Of a stretch of 64,000 nt of DNA, positions 30,424 to 46,374 are shown piece after piece. The stretch's first letter is position 1; the number at the start of each line of letters is the position of its first letter. The position numbers were made by a program, and so were the translations under genes. The DNA is from the human T2T-CHM13v2.0 reference genome, Homo sapiens, in the NCBI RefSeq assembly GCF_009914755.1, contig NC_060941.1, one strand, 5' to 3'. Below the pieces are notes generated by a model. That model did not search any database and had not been told where the DNA came from. It saw nothing but the letters and a program-made list of their open reading frames with translations.

Positions 30424-30837
30424 CCTAAAATCTTTTTTTAAAGAAGATAAAATATGGGGATGGTTTGATTTGAAATACATTTACAATGAGAAATTTTAAT
30501 ACAAATGTTTCCTAATCAGCAAATCTAAGACAAAAAGAAAAAATGTAGTGAATATCAGAAGAGGATGCAATATAAAAATATCATTAGATATCATTCAAAT
30601 AATCATGAACAAGTCATAGGACATGAAATAGTCATTTGAAAAATAGCAGAGGAAGAAAGAAGAGGTTAAAGCCTGACAAGGTCAAGAGCAGAAGGCAGAG
30701 GAGGAGGTCTTCAAGGGAAGACCATGGCAACTTACCCAGGACTAGGAAAGGTTGAAGGCCCTAGAACAATAAGTGAACACGGAATGCATAATTTATATAT
30801 CATACTCCCTTCTCCTAACACAGCTCCCTGGAATAAA

Positions 30838-31182
30838 TGCAACAGTCTCCACTTATCCATGGTTTCGCTTTCCTCTGTTTCAGTTACCTACACTCGAATG
30901 CAGTCCAAAAATAGGTGAGCACAATACAATAAGATATTTTGAAAGAAAGAGGGAAATTACTTTCACACAATTTTTGTTACATTATATTGTTATAATTGTT
31001 CTATTTTATTATTAGCTATTGCTGTTAATCTCATACTGTACCTAACTGATAAACTAAATTTAATCATCAGTGTGTATGTATAGGAAAAGACAGAGCATAT
31101 ATAGGTTTTAGTACTATCAGCTGTTTCAGGCAGCCTCTGGGGGTCTTGGAATGTATTCCTCAAGATTAAGGGGGATTGCTAT
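30838..31182. mobile_element. Tigger4-type (TcMar) MITE
   Basis: cttatccatggtttcgctttcc...aaaataggtgag...gggggtcttggaatgtatt...aagggggat. Confidence 0.8.
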
Positions 31183-31962
31183 ATTTAATACTGAGTCAGT
31201 TCCTCACTGAATATAGAGTCTACTCAGACACCTTAGGGAAACAGGCAACTTACAGAAAGTAAAAGCCATAGTTTCTTGGTCCCACTCCAAACCTACCACT
31301 CAAAAGCTACCAAGTCATATTTACCTTTACAGACAATCTCACACCTACTACGCCTTAGAGAATCTTCCCAGTCCCCAAAATTCTCTCCAATTGTTCTCTA
31401 GTGTCTTAAGTTACATGAAAATTCTCTAACTTGAGAAAAAGACTTTCATTCCATAATTAGAAATAACAGGCCAGGAATTGGAGACAAGATAGCAACAAAA
31501 CTTTATTCACACTGGATTTTGTTCTGCCAACAAATAAGCATAAAAAACCAATAGATTATTTTCTGCTTTGATAGACAGGGCCGGAGAACAGGAGAACACT
31601 AGGCTCCTCCTGTCTCTGGCCCTTTCCATAGAAAGAAGAAAAATTTGCAAGAAAAATTTCCATAGAGAAAAGAAAAAGATGCAAGAAAAAAGGTTGTAGC
31701 TAACTTTAGAGATCCATGTGCTATAAGTTCATGACATGTGAGACGAGGCATCACAATAAGATCTTTCCACAGTTTGGCAGGACATTATCACTGAATGTCT
31801 ATCTACCCTTGAACAACTCAGTGTAAACAGTCCTATGTCAATGGCAAAAATTGTTACTAGAGAAATTCAGTTTTTCTTCCATGTTGATAGTTCATTGGTT
31901 TGACTAAATAATATAAAGAAAAAAATTAATCTTAAGAATCTAATCTTCAAACATAATCTTAC

Positions 31963-32068
31963 CTGTCCTATGAGGTAATTTTAGAACAAAGGGCTTCATA
32001 TCAACCACAAAGTGATCAAATTCTGCATCCAGCTTCTCCCATTTTTCTTCTTCACTTCCCACTTCCAT
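31963..32068 (-). CDS. CEP112: CEP112 first coding exon (exon 2; whole exon 31963-32076 includes 8 nt of 5'UTR)
   Basis: Minus strand reads ttttacAG|attggattATG and translates MEVGSEEEKWEKLDAEFDHFVVDMKPFVLKLPHRT+G, ending at donor ACAG|GTAAG. 106 coding nt; matches the CEP112 N-terminus as I recall it. Confidence 0.96.
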
Positions 32069-32094
32069 AATCCAATCTGTAAAAGATTTTAAAT

Positions 32095-33995
32095 CAAAAT
32101 ATTAAGGATTTGTATGCTGAAAACTACAAAACTCTGATGAGAAAGATAAAAAAAACTCTTAAGTGTTAGATATCAGTTCTCCCCAAACTGACCTGTAGAT
32201 TTAATGCAACTCCCATCAAAACCCAGCCGTATTATTTGTAGAGATAAGCTTAATTCTGAAATTTACATGAAAAAGTAAAGGAACTAAAGAGCCCAAACAA
32301 TTTTGAGAAAGTACAAAGTTGGAGAACTCACATTACCAGATTTTAAGATGTACTCCAAAGCCACAGTAGTCAAGACAATTGGTATTGGTGAAAGGATAGA
32401 CAGATCAGTGGAAAAGATTAGAGAGTCCAGAAACCAGACCAAAACAAACATAAACAACTGATTTTCAACAAAGGTGTGATCCATGAAGAAATGACAGTTA
32501 TTACAACAAATGATGTCATAACAATTGGATATCCATATACAAAAAAAAAAGAACTTCAACCTAAACTTCATCCTGTATATAAAAATTAACTCAATATGAA
32601 TCACAGACCTAAGTGTAAAAATGTAAAACTATACAACTCTTACAAGAAAGCATGGGAGGAAATCTTTGCAAACTTGAGTAAGGCTAAGATTTCTTATATA
32701 CAACATTAAAAGCACTATCCACAAAAGGAAAAACTGACCAGGCATGATAGCTCATGCCTGTAATCCCAGAACTTTGGGAGTCCCAGGCAGGAGGAATGCT
32801 TGAGCTCAGGAGTTAAAGACCACCCTGGGCAATTTGGTGAGACCCCATCTCTACAAAACAAAAAAAAAATTAAAAATTAGCCAGGTGTAGTGGCACGTAC
32901 CTGTAGTCCCAGCTACTTGGGATGCTGAGGTGGGAGAATTGTTTGAAAGTGTGAGAGGTAAAGGCTGCAGTGGGCCATGATCGCACCACTAAACTCTAGC
33001 CTCGGTGACAGAGCAAGACCCTATCTCAAAAATAAAAAAGAAAGCTGATATATTGAACTTCACAAAAAAAAACTGTCCTGCAAAGGACGTTGTTAAGGAA
33101 TTGAGAAGATAAGCCACAGACCAGAACAAAATATTTGCAAATCATACATCTCATACAAGACTTGTATCAAGAATACATAAGGACTCTCAAAATTCAACAA
33201 TCAGAAAACAAACTACCCCGATAATCAGCAAAAAAAATTAGTCCCTTTACCAAAGAAGAAATACAGATGGCAAGTAAGCACATGACAAGATGCTCAATAT
33301 CATTACAGAAATGCAAATTAAAACTATACTGAGATACCACTAACATTAAAAATGCAAACAATACCAAGTGCTGGTGAGGATGGACAACAACAGAAACTCT
33401 CATGCATTGCTGGTAGAAATACAAAATAGTACAGGCACTCTGGAAAACAGTTTGGCAGTTTCTTACAAAAATAAACATACACTCAGCCTATGACCCAGAA
33501 ATCCCACTCCCAAGTATTTAGCTAAGTGAAAAGAAAAATCTATATACACAAAAAAATCCAAATGTGATTTTTTTTAAATAACCACCAAACAACTGAAAAC
33601 AGCCCAAATGTCCCTCAAATGGTGACTAGATAAACTGTGGCATATCCACACAATAACATAGTACTCAGCAACAGAAAGGAATGAACTGCTGATACACACA
33701 AAACATGGAAACTTCAAATCCTTATGCTAAGTGAAAGAAGCCCTTCTCAAAAGGCTGCATACTAATTCCATTTGTGTGACATTCTAGAAAAGGCAAACAA
33801 TATAGGCATAAAGAACAGATCAGCAGCTCATGGGGATAGCAGTGGGGGCAGAGTCTCAACACAAAGGGATGGCACAAAGAAACGATTTGGCATGTTGGAA
33901 TTTTTCTGTACACTATCTATGTAGGAAGTTATAAGAACCTACAGTGGCAAGAACTATATGCCAAAAAAAGTGCATTTGCTGTATATAAGTTAAAA
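32095..33995 (+). mobile_element. L1M ORF2-3' fragment
   Basis: gaaaactacaaaactctgatg, cagattttaagat...ccaaagccacagtagtcaagac, atgcaaattaaaac motifs. Confidence 0.8.
32737..33040 (+). mobile_element. AluJ-like
   Basis: gcttgagctcaggag and aaggctgcagtg...catgatc diagnostics. Confidence 0.9.
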
Positions 33996-33999
33996 AAAA

Positions 34000-34290
34000 T
34001 TTTTTTTGAGACAGAGTCTTGCTCTGTTCTCCAGGCTATGGAGTGCAATGGCACAATCTTGGCTCACTGCAACCTCCGCCTCCTGGGTTCAAGTGATTCT
34101 CCTGCCTCAGACTCCTGAGTAGCTGGGATTACAGGCACACACCACCATGCCCGGCTAACTTTTCTATTTTTAGTAGAGATGGGGTTTCACCATGTTGGTC
34201 AGGCTGGTCTCGAACTCCTGACCTCGTGATCCATCCACCTCAGCCTCCCAAAGTGCTGGCATTACAGGCATGAGCCACTGCGCCCCGCCA
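34000..34290 (-). mobile_element. Alu
   Basis: Reverse dimer. Confidence 0.95.
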
Positions 34291-35051
34291 AATTTAAACT
34301 TTTTAATCCTTTTTAAAAACTGTAAAATATTGGTCATCATACTTCCTTCTAATTAACAAGAAAAACACTGAATACAAAGGGGGTGAATCCCAAAAATCAA
34401 AAGTGTAGGTTTTGACAAAATTTGTTAAGTTAAAAATACATACACACACTACATGTTCCTTTAAACTGTGAAATGTCCTGATAGGGATGTGCGCTACCTT
34501 TACATTATGAATAGTGCCAATTTGTCATTTATTCCATTTACAAATTCTATATTCGGTGAAAAGCTTTGTTCTGCCTCATAAGCTATCTTGCTCCACAAAC
34601 TGCCCTCTATCTGCTAAACCAGCTTCTAATATTTACCACATTATCAAATGGTTTCCATCATTTCATCATTAACAACCTCTTCATAGAAAGTTCTCTCTAC
34701 CCTGTCTCTGTAAGTAAATCGTAGCTTTTACTTGCTGACTTTACTTTCCTCAGTCATTAGAGGTAAGCCAAGGTCTCTCATAATCTCTCTCATTCTCTCT
34801 CTCTCTCTCTCTCTCCCCACCCGCTCTCTCATGCATCCTCTGTAGTCTTTCACTTTCTCCACTCAACCATGCAATGGAAGGAAAACACTTACCAAGATCC
34901 ATCCTGCCACTTCCCAACTACTGCTCTTCCTCCCTCAGCCCCAAAATCCCTCATGAGGCTCAACGCTCCAACCATCTGACTACCATGTACTCCCCTTTCT
35001 CATCTCTGTCATCTTGCAAAGAAACCCGTCTGAAACTAGCCTCTTGTCCTC

Positions 35052-35357
<306 letters not shown>

Positions 35358-35839
35358 GCCTCTTGTCCTCTTAAATGCTCTCTTCTTATTCCACTAGATC
35401 TTTCCTTTCTACTTGGCAAGGCTGCAATCCCTTGATGCCCTCCTTCATGCTCTACAGGGTTGCTGGGAAAAAATGGCACTGCCTTATAGTCAGATGGCTT
35501 CCAACATTACCTGAACCCTCAGGAGTCTTGCTATTTCCTACTCCACAAAGCAACTTTAAAACTTTTCCCAAATATCCTACAGCCCCTTGAATAACTCCAG
35601 CTTCTCCTAACTCTCAATTTAAAAATCATAAATCTTGCTTCAGGGAAAAAATAATAGTCAGGTGGTACCACCCCAAGATGTTATTCCTCCCACCTCTCAA
35701 CTTACCTCTCAGAGAAAACACTCTTCCACCTCTGCTCCTGTATCAGACGCAATAACTCTCCCTCTACCTGTCCTCTATCAATTGCCTATTTGCTATGTAA
35801 AATTTTCCATCTCCACTCACTCCTTCCCCTCTGATGGCA

Positions 35840-36962
35840 GCTGAGAAATATCTCAAAATCTGCCTGCTTCTCTATTCTCACTGCCACGATCTCAGATAGA
35901 GGCCTGCCCACCACTTAACTTGAACTACTGTGGCAGCCTCATCATCTGTCTCCCTACTGTCAGTTTTCTCTACTTGAGTCCATTTTCCTCACCTGTTCCA
36001 GAATGAGTTTCCTAATGACAAAGCTAAGTCTATCACTTCCTGTTTAAAAATCTCCCCTCATTCTAGCATTCCATTCGCCAAATCCACTTACTTTCTCCAC
36101 TTCATCAACTTCTATCCAGATCTCACCCCCTGTATATTACCTCTTCTATCTCCATCATGGTAGCAAAAATCTTTCAAAGTTCACCAGTGATCCACTAATT
36201 GCCAAATCCAAAGGGCTGTCTTCAGTTTGCATCCTATTTGACATCTCCACAGCATCTTCCACTTCTGACAACTCCCTGCTCCTAAGAAACTCTTCTTTGA
36301 CTTCAGTGGTTCCATTCACTGCTGGCTCCCCTACTGCCTCAGATCATTCCTTCTCGGTCTCTCAATGGCTCTGGCTTCTCCAGTCAATATGGACTCTCCA
36401 GTGCTCTTTCCTTAGTCTCCTTTTGATCTGACTTTTCACACTCGCATAGTGATTGTATTCAGTACCATCGCTTCAAGTATTCGTTTCATGCCATTCACCC
36501 TTAAATTTTATTTCAAACTCCAGCCTCTCTTTGCAACTCCAGACTCATTTACAATAGCTCCTGGACCTATTCACTAATGTCCTGTTTATTATCTAGATTT
36601 ATATGTCCAAGAAAACAATCCTTGATGTTTTTCTCCATAAATCTATGATGTACTCTGCTTGATGACATCATCATCTACTTCATCTCCCAAGCTAGAAGTT
36701 TCAATGTTCCCATCCTCTGAACCCCCATAAACCAATACATCAATAAATGCTGAGAAATATCTCAAAATCTGCCTGCTTCCCTATTCTCACTGCCACGATC
36801 TCAGATAGAGGCCTGCCTACCACTTATTTGAACTACTGCGGCAGCCTCATCATCTGTCTCCCTACTGTCAGTTTTCTCTACTTGAGTCCATTTTCCTCAC
36901 CTGCTCCAGAATGAGTTTCCTAATGACAAAGCTAAGCCTATAGCTTCCTGTTTAAAAATCTC
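35840..36962 (+). repeat. Dispersed ~215-bp direct repeat (35840-36054 and 36749-36962)
   Basis: About 9 differences by manual alignment. Confidence 0.95.
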
Positions 36963-37040
36963 TCGTGACTGCCTAAAACAGAATACTATCCAAACCCAAA
37001 GTTAGGCATACAAGTACCTTTGCATTTAGGCCTGTCTCTC

Positions 37041-37052
37041 ACACCACACACA

Positions 37053-37096
<44 letters not shown>
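37041..37096. repeat. (CA)n microsatellite
   Basis: Direct reading. Confidence 0.95.
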
Positions 37097-37099
<3 letters not shown>

Positions 37100-37932
37100 T
37101 GCCTAACTACACCAACCCACAAATGCCCACTTCCCTCTTGCCACAATGAACTCCTCACCATGGTCAAACCCCCCCCCACCCCCGAGCCCTTATCTAATCC
37201 CACCCCCTTTTCATAGGCTATTCCCTCCACCTGGAGTCAGGTAAATGCAGCTCAAATGTCACCTGAGTGAAGCTGGCCCCCCCTTGCCCTAGACTGGCTG
37301 TTGCTCTGTTCTCAGTGTAAACTGTTCACATCTGTGTACAGCATTTATCATGCTGTTTTTTTTTTTTACACATCTGTGTATTATTATGCATACATCTTCC
37401 ATTATCTGTGAGAAGCTCCTAGAAGGCAGGGACCATGATTTACACATCTTAGTAAGTACCTAGCTTATTACCTGGTACTCATCATTTTTTGTTTGTTTGG
37501 TTGGTTTTGTTTTACATGTATACAATATATTCCATCAGTTATGCACGTGGTAACAGAAGGCTATGATACCAGTGCTGGATGTGAGATCATAATGTTGAAA
37601 AGCAACAATTCAAATAGATGAACAAACCAATGGAAAATCATAAACCCAGAGTTTTAAAGCACAGCTCTGGCCTAGATGTACTCCGGGGCTTAAAGACTAT
37701 ATACTGCCCACGTACTCAAACATTTGCCTGAGAACATCTATAGCTAAAGCAAAATAAAAAAGATTCCTCCTAATCACTAATTCTCAATAAATCCTTTGAC
37801 ATGGGCAGGAAATGTTAGTGTTTAACATTAGAGGAAACTAAAATTCAACCATTAAATGACTAACTCAAAATCATGAAATCAAGCACAAAGCTCAGATTAA
37901 AATTCTGAAACCTCTAGCCCTCAGATTTATTA

Positions 37933-38322
<390 letters not shown>

Positions 38323-38479
38323 CTATATTGACATGCAATATTGAAGTATACATTTAAAAAAAAAACTAAAGAATCAAAGTAACATTTGGTAAAAACTAAA
38401 AATCTGCTTCTTCTTATCCCTTAATTTTTCTCCAAAAAAATAAAGAAATGGAAAAAGAAACAAAAAAACTAACATTTCA

Positions 38480-39115
<636 letters not shown>

Positions 39116-39299
39116 TTAAAAACAAATTACATCATATTCACAAATTGTATCTAAGTTCCAACTTATCAAAAGTTTCATACCATTTATCAGAATTGAAAAT
39201 TTAAATTACTGGAATTGAAAAATAAGTAAAGCAACATCTTTGGCTTAGGCTTAGAGTAATTATAGTGTGCCTATCAGTTATATAAATTATTTCAAAGGT

Positions 39300-39396
39300 A
39301 ACCCAGGTGACGGACGTTGCAGTGAGCGTGAGCTGAGTTTGCACCACTGCACTCCAGCCTGGGCCACAGAGCAAGACTGTCTCAAAAAAATAAATA
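39300..39396 (+). mobile_element. 5'-truncated Alu
   Basis: Right-arm 3' end flanked by a degenerate TSD ending caaaggtaa. Confidence 0.8.
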
Positions 39397-40767
39397 ATTC
39401 CAAAGGTAAAAAAGAAGTAAATTGGGTGACTCTTGCTTATAGCTACAATCTATATTTGGATCATGTCTTTTATTAAACTCACCCATGCTGCCTTTTTTTA
39501 AACTTCTTTTTGGACAGCTACAAAATGGGCTTACCTACCCTACAGTCAGCAAACATAACCAAACCACAAGTATTAAAAGGTCTGGGAAAAAAAGGAGTCA
39601 CAACTGCCAAGCAAAGAATACACTTCATTCATATCACACTCCTTGCCAAACAAAACAAACGTTCTTGGAAGTTGTGTAAAACCCATTTTGTTCAATCAAA
39701 TCATATTTTAAATATATTGTGGGTCATTAAAGAAAACTGGAAACGTCGACAAATTAAAAAGGATTAGAGGTGCACGTTTTCTCTGGCTTACACGTGTGGA
39801 TGTTTTGACAAGAGCCTTCCCTGACTCTACCCGTAGCTCAGTGTGTGCTTTAGAAACAAATCTCAGTTTATTCTCTGGCCCGGCCCTACCATTTCCGCAC
39901 CATTTCCATGGTCATTTCACAGAGGAAGAAGGAAGCTGAGGCTTAAGTGAGGTGAAGTCACTGACCTAGGTTCTTAGTGGACAGTGACAGCTGGGCCTGA
40001 ACACTGCACAAATTATTAATACCATGCATTCCACTAAGCTGCAGCCTGACCACTGTGGAGAGGCTCATGGAATTTAATGTGCCTTTTCTATCTTATTTTG
40101 ACTCATCTTAAAATATTAAAAACAAATAAAAGTAGCCGTGCAATGATCAGAAAAGCTGTTCACATTTACTTATGTCGTTCTCTTGAACACTTAAAAATAA
40201 TTAACTCAGAAACACAGGGTAGCATCCTACATGCGGCGGTGCTGGGCTTGGGCCTCTCCAAGCGGCCTATGACTTTCTGCAAACCAACCAGCGCCCTGGT
40301 TCTGTCCCCGCAAATCCAGCTGATTGTTCTGAGACTCTTTTCTGGGACGGAATTGAAAACTCCAGCGGTGCCGTTCCTGGCAGTCCCTTCCTCGGCCCGC
40401 CGAGGCCCAGGCCCAGGCCGCGCTCCTACCTTGTCCAGGACACAGATTTCCTCTCCCAGTCGCAAACCCTTGGGTCAGACTCTTGGACCACGTCAGACCG
40501 ATCAAACCGGCTGATCAAACTTTACTTAGAACTTTCCCAAGTCGTCCCGGCCTGGATCGCGCTCTGCCTGCCGGGGACACCACAGCGGGCAGCGCCGGGA
40601 CCCCAGGGGCGCGCGCCCCCCAGGCCCGGAGAACGGGCCCAGGGCCTGAGGGCGACGCCCCTTCCCGAACGGGCCCGCAAGGGCGGGGCGGCAGCCACCG
40701 GCGCAAAATTCCACTCAAGAACCTGGTGGGAGGGGCGGGGGAAGGAAATTCAGAAAAAAACGAGAAC

Positions 40768-40910
40768 CTGGCACCACCACACGCAAGCTTTCCGCTCGGC
40801 CGCTGCCGCCAACGCCGCCGCCACCGCCGCCCCTGCCAAACGGTTTCAAATCCTTGCGGGCCGCTGGGTCGCCGCCGCCCAGCAGCCCGGGGGCGGGGAC
40901 TTTCGCGCTC
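40768..40910 (-). other. CEP112: CEP112 non-coding exon 1 (TSS approximate)
   Basis: Inside the CpG island upstream of exon 2; GCG-rich leader ending at candidate donor GCCAG|GTTCTC. An alternative stronger donor AAG|GTAGGA lies at 40430. The 5' end is inferred. Confidence 0.6.
40901..40908 (+). promoter_or_regulatory. Canonical E2F site TTTCGCGC next to an Sp1 GC box
   Basis: Exact TTTSSCGC match directly after GGGGCGGGGAC. Confidence 0.55.
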
Positions 40911-40953
40911 GCATTTCCCCGCCCCCTACTCCACCCCTCTAGCCTGCGGTGCG

Positions 40954-40967
40954 GTTGCCATGGCGAC
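40954..40967. promoter_or_regulatory. RFX X-box 1 (GTTGCCATGGCGAC)
   Basis: 13/14 match to the palindromic X-box GTTGCCATGGCAAC, located in the promoter. Confidence 0.8.
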
Positions 40968-41064
40968 GTTCCCGGCGGCGGCGACCACCGGCGCCCCAGG
41001 CTGGGGGCGGAGACTTCCGCGCGGGCATTTCTCCACCCACAGGTGGCGGCGTGCGCGCGGCCCC

Positions 41065-41078
41065 GTTGCCATGGCGAC
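41065..41078. promoter_or_regulatory. RFX X-box 2 (GTTGCCATGGCGAC)
   Basis: Identical copy of X-box 1, 111 bp away. Confidence 0.8.
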
Positions 41079-41650
41079 GCTCCTGCTGGCCCAGCAACCG
41101 CCAGACTCGCACCCCAGCTTGTGGGCCCCTTGGCGGGTCCCCAGTCGAAGCTTCCGGGATAACCCGACCACAGTTTGAATGCTGCTGCCCTCCCGCATCC
41201 CGCGCAGAGTCGCTTATGATCACCTTAGGGGCCGTGGCGAAAAAATAAGGGCACAGAAAATGGGGCGGCTGGAGGATGTTCACAAAAGGGGTGATCCGTT
41301 ATGTGGACAGACATCAGAGTTGAATGGGTCTCAAGTGAAAATTTCCTCACTCTCTGATATATCAAAACCCAAGTCAAATTCTTCAAAAGGTTCTTTTTAA
41401 AACCTATCTCACTGGAAGTAAACACCAACAGCTAGCTCTTCCTTGTCTCAAAGACAAATCATGCTAAGGAAAATAAAGGGTACAGAATGCTTTTAAGAAT
41501 GTTTAGTTTTCAAAAGCATACTTGAACATGTTTATAACTAGGGAATGATATATAATCCAGATAATTAGTACTGAGAATCAAGGATGCAAAATCAAGCATG
41601 CAATTGCAGGAATTTAACCAGTCAGTTAATACATTCAAGATAGATAAACT

Positions 41651-41951
<301 letters not shown>

Positions 41952-42742
41952 CTACTCCAGCCTCAGGAGGAGGAGGACATTGGTCAAAGGAAACAAAATT
42001 TAAGTTAGATTGGAGGAATAAGTCTAAGCGATCTATTTTACAACGTGGTGACCATAGTAAATGATAATGTATTGTGTTCTTGAAAATTGCTAAAAGAGTA
42101 CATCTTAAGTGTTCTCATCACAAAATTAATAAGTATGTGAAGCAACGTTTATGTTAATTAGCTTGACTTAGTCATTTCACAATGTTGTGCATAATAAATA
42201 TATGCAATTTTTAGAATCATAAACTGCATTGCTGAAAGAATATGAAATGAATTTGACAAATGGTGTCTAAATAAACATGAAAAGAAAAATAGAAGATAAA
42301 TAAATAGAAGATAAATCAAAGAAAAAATGTAACAAGCTCAAGCTCATCTCAGAGGAAATAACTATAGCAGAAAAATATAACTGAAAATGAAAAATGTCTT
42401 TAAATATTTCCTCTACTTAGGTGAAAATAAGATGAGTAGATCTCCCTTCCCGCTTTTAAGAACAAGCTGATTGTCATTTTTTTCATTTATATATATCATT
42501 TTCATTTATATATTTTTCATTCATATATACACACACATGCAAATAAAAATATTAAGATATGCATAGAGAGTTTTATTATTTATGTTATATGTATATAACA
42601 TGAAAGGGATACCAGCTTGAGCCTGAGCTGTGTTCACCTTAGAACTCAAGCCTACATGTCATGTTTAGACGACTGGTAGGCAAGTTTCACTTGGAAACTC
42701 CTTACCTGAGAACCAAGGAACCTCCTAGAAATTAAGTCATCC

Positions 42743-43049
<307 letters not shown>

Positions 43050-43207
43050 CTAAAGAGATCTGGTTCAATGGCAATATGCAAAATTGAAGGGGAAAGTGAT
43101 GATGCATGAAGCAAAGTGTTGGCCGTGAGTTGCCCTTCATGTAGCATCTTCCTCTTTGTATAAGAGAGTGATTCCTAATCTTACAGTGTAAAGAACTTCC
43201 TTTGAGA

Positions 43208-43363
<156 letters not shown>

Positions 43364-43501
43364 TGATAGGGTAGTTCCATCATACACAGAGCACCCATGT
43401 GACTCACCCTGGGGACCTCTACAAATATTTGGGAAGAAATTGCTGAACTCAGAGCCTATTCAGGAACCTCAAGGATGAAGCCAGGTAAATATTCTCTTGT
43501 C

Positions 43502-43861
<360 letters not shown>

Positions 43862-44191
43862 TTATGTGGCCTAAAAAATGCAGTGTCTTATAAATGTTTT
43901 ATGGCCAAACACCTATGGTAATCAATGAATTTTCCTTCTACGTCTAGTTACTGCATAAAGATAATAATCTTCCAACTCAATGTACATTTATTGAACATCA
44001 GGTATATGCAGGCATATTAAGGGAATGTTTCCTCCACTGGAAATGCTATGACACTTTGCTCTTCACCTTAGCTTAAATATCAGTACCTCAGAGAGGCCTT
44101 CACTGATTCTCAAACCAGCCCTTATTTCCTTTCAAATCCCCTGGTTCTCTTTTCTTCATTGCATTTATCAAAATTTGTCATCAAATATTAA

Positions 44192-44512
<321 letters not shown>

Positions 44513-45109
44513 GGTGTAATCTTTTAAAAATGCCTATAGTTTCCAAAAGAATGAAGACGATACCTGTTAGGTTCACCATTGCACAGACAGCACCTTGCAG
44601 GGTACCTACCATATAGAAACAATCCATAAATGTTCACTGAATCACCAAATGAATGAACATTAATTTTCGTGCTTTTCTCTGCACATGTGGTAGAATATGA
44701 CCACCCTATGCATAAAGCTTCCAGTCTAGAAACCCGGAAGACTAACTTTTCTGAATATAAATCTCTTGCTACGGAGAGTGAAACTGAGTGATCTAATTTG
44801 AATCAGGTAAGCACAATTAGTCCAATGAGATATGGCCAGGAGATAGGGCATCCTATTGTATAAACATGACTTTCTTAGCTCATCTTTGCACTTTGGGGAG
44901 AGGGTTTGGGGTTATTTTCTCAGAGGACTGAACTGATGGGTAAACCCAAATGGTTCTAACTACAACAAAGATTCTGGACTTATGAGAAAAAAGATAAGTC
45001 TCTACCCTCCAAAAATTTATGAGATAGTAGGAGGTAATAAGACAAATACCAAATAACCACATTTCAACTCAGATTATGTCACCTGGCTTAAAAGGTATAT
45101 AAATAATGC

Positions 45110-45501
<392 letters not shown>

Positions 45502-45934
45502 TTATCTTTGATAAAAAGAGAGTGACATTGAAACACTATTTCTATTGAAAATATTGTTTCCTAACAGCTACAAATGACTTAAATGAAAGTAGGTTTGTTT
45601 CAAAAACAAATGACATCTTATCTCAATTTTTAAAAATCAAATGGTGACATTGTTGATAATGGTAGTACAAAGAGGACCCTAAAAATAATTGTTTTTATTT
45701 TCTGTGTGGGAAGATAACTGTGCTATACTTCCCATGTTGAAAGGGATCTGCTTATTTTCAAAATATAAACTTAAGAATTAGTCTAGATGACATTGAACAA
45801 TGTGAATTCAATTATTCTCTACAGAAAAAATCAATAGGAAAATGTGAGCTTTTATTAATTAGAAAGATAATTATTCGTCTGTAATTTGAACTAATCTGTA
45901 TCTTGAAGGATTAAATCTGATGATCTGTATAGAT

Positions 45935-45937
45935 ATG

Positions 45938-45985
<48 letters not shown>

Positions 45986-46265
45986 TTTGAGACAGAGTTT
46001 TGCTCTTGTTGCCCAGGCTGGAGTGCAATGGCGTGCTTACTGCAAACTCCGCCTCCCAGCTTCAAGCGATTCTCCTACCTCAGCCTCCCCGGTAGCTGGA
46101 ATTACAGGCATGTGCCACCACACCCGACTAATTTTTTGTATTTTTAGTAGAGACAGGGTTTCTCCATGTTGGTCGGGCTGGTCTCGAACTCCCGACCTCA
46201 GGTGATCCACCCGCCTTGGCCTCCCAAAGTGCTGGGATTACAGGCATGAGCTACCGCACCCGGCC
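45935..46265 (-). mobile_element. Alu (AluSp/Sq-like) with (TA)n at tail
   Basis: Reverse dimer. Confidence 0.95.
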
Positions 46266-46374
46266 AATCTGTATAATTTAAACTCTTGCTCCATAAAATT
46301 AAAGTAACTATAGTGGGAGACCTAGAGATTACCGTTGTTTGTTTAAGCCACTGTTATTTGGGTTTTTTGTTTTG

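Larger units (their letters stand above)
35400..37480 (+). mobile_element. L2 fragments
   Basis: ttgccaaatcca...catcctatttgacatctccacagca and tgtgagaagctcctagaaggcagggacc L2 motifs. Confidence 0.65.
40230..41270. promoter_or_regulatory. CpG island / CEP112 promoter
   Basis: Very high GC and CpG density against AT-rich flanks; GC boxes (GGGGCGGGG ~40732-40740 and 40890-40898); lies 5' of the first CEP112 coding exon. Confidence 0.92.

Noticed and set aside
37327-37380. CACATCTGTGTA direct repeat flanking a poly-T, resembling a tiny retro-insertion
   Set aside because: The poly-T is on the wrong side for TPRT and the enclosed sequence looks like host L2; more likely a local duplication.
40077-41428. 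Many overlapping ORFs (up to 231 aa) in the CpG island
   Set aside because: GC-rich DNA lacks stop codons; products are low-complexity Arg/Pro/Gly with no recognisable domain. The repeated AVAMAT peptide is just the two X-boxes.
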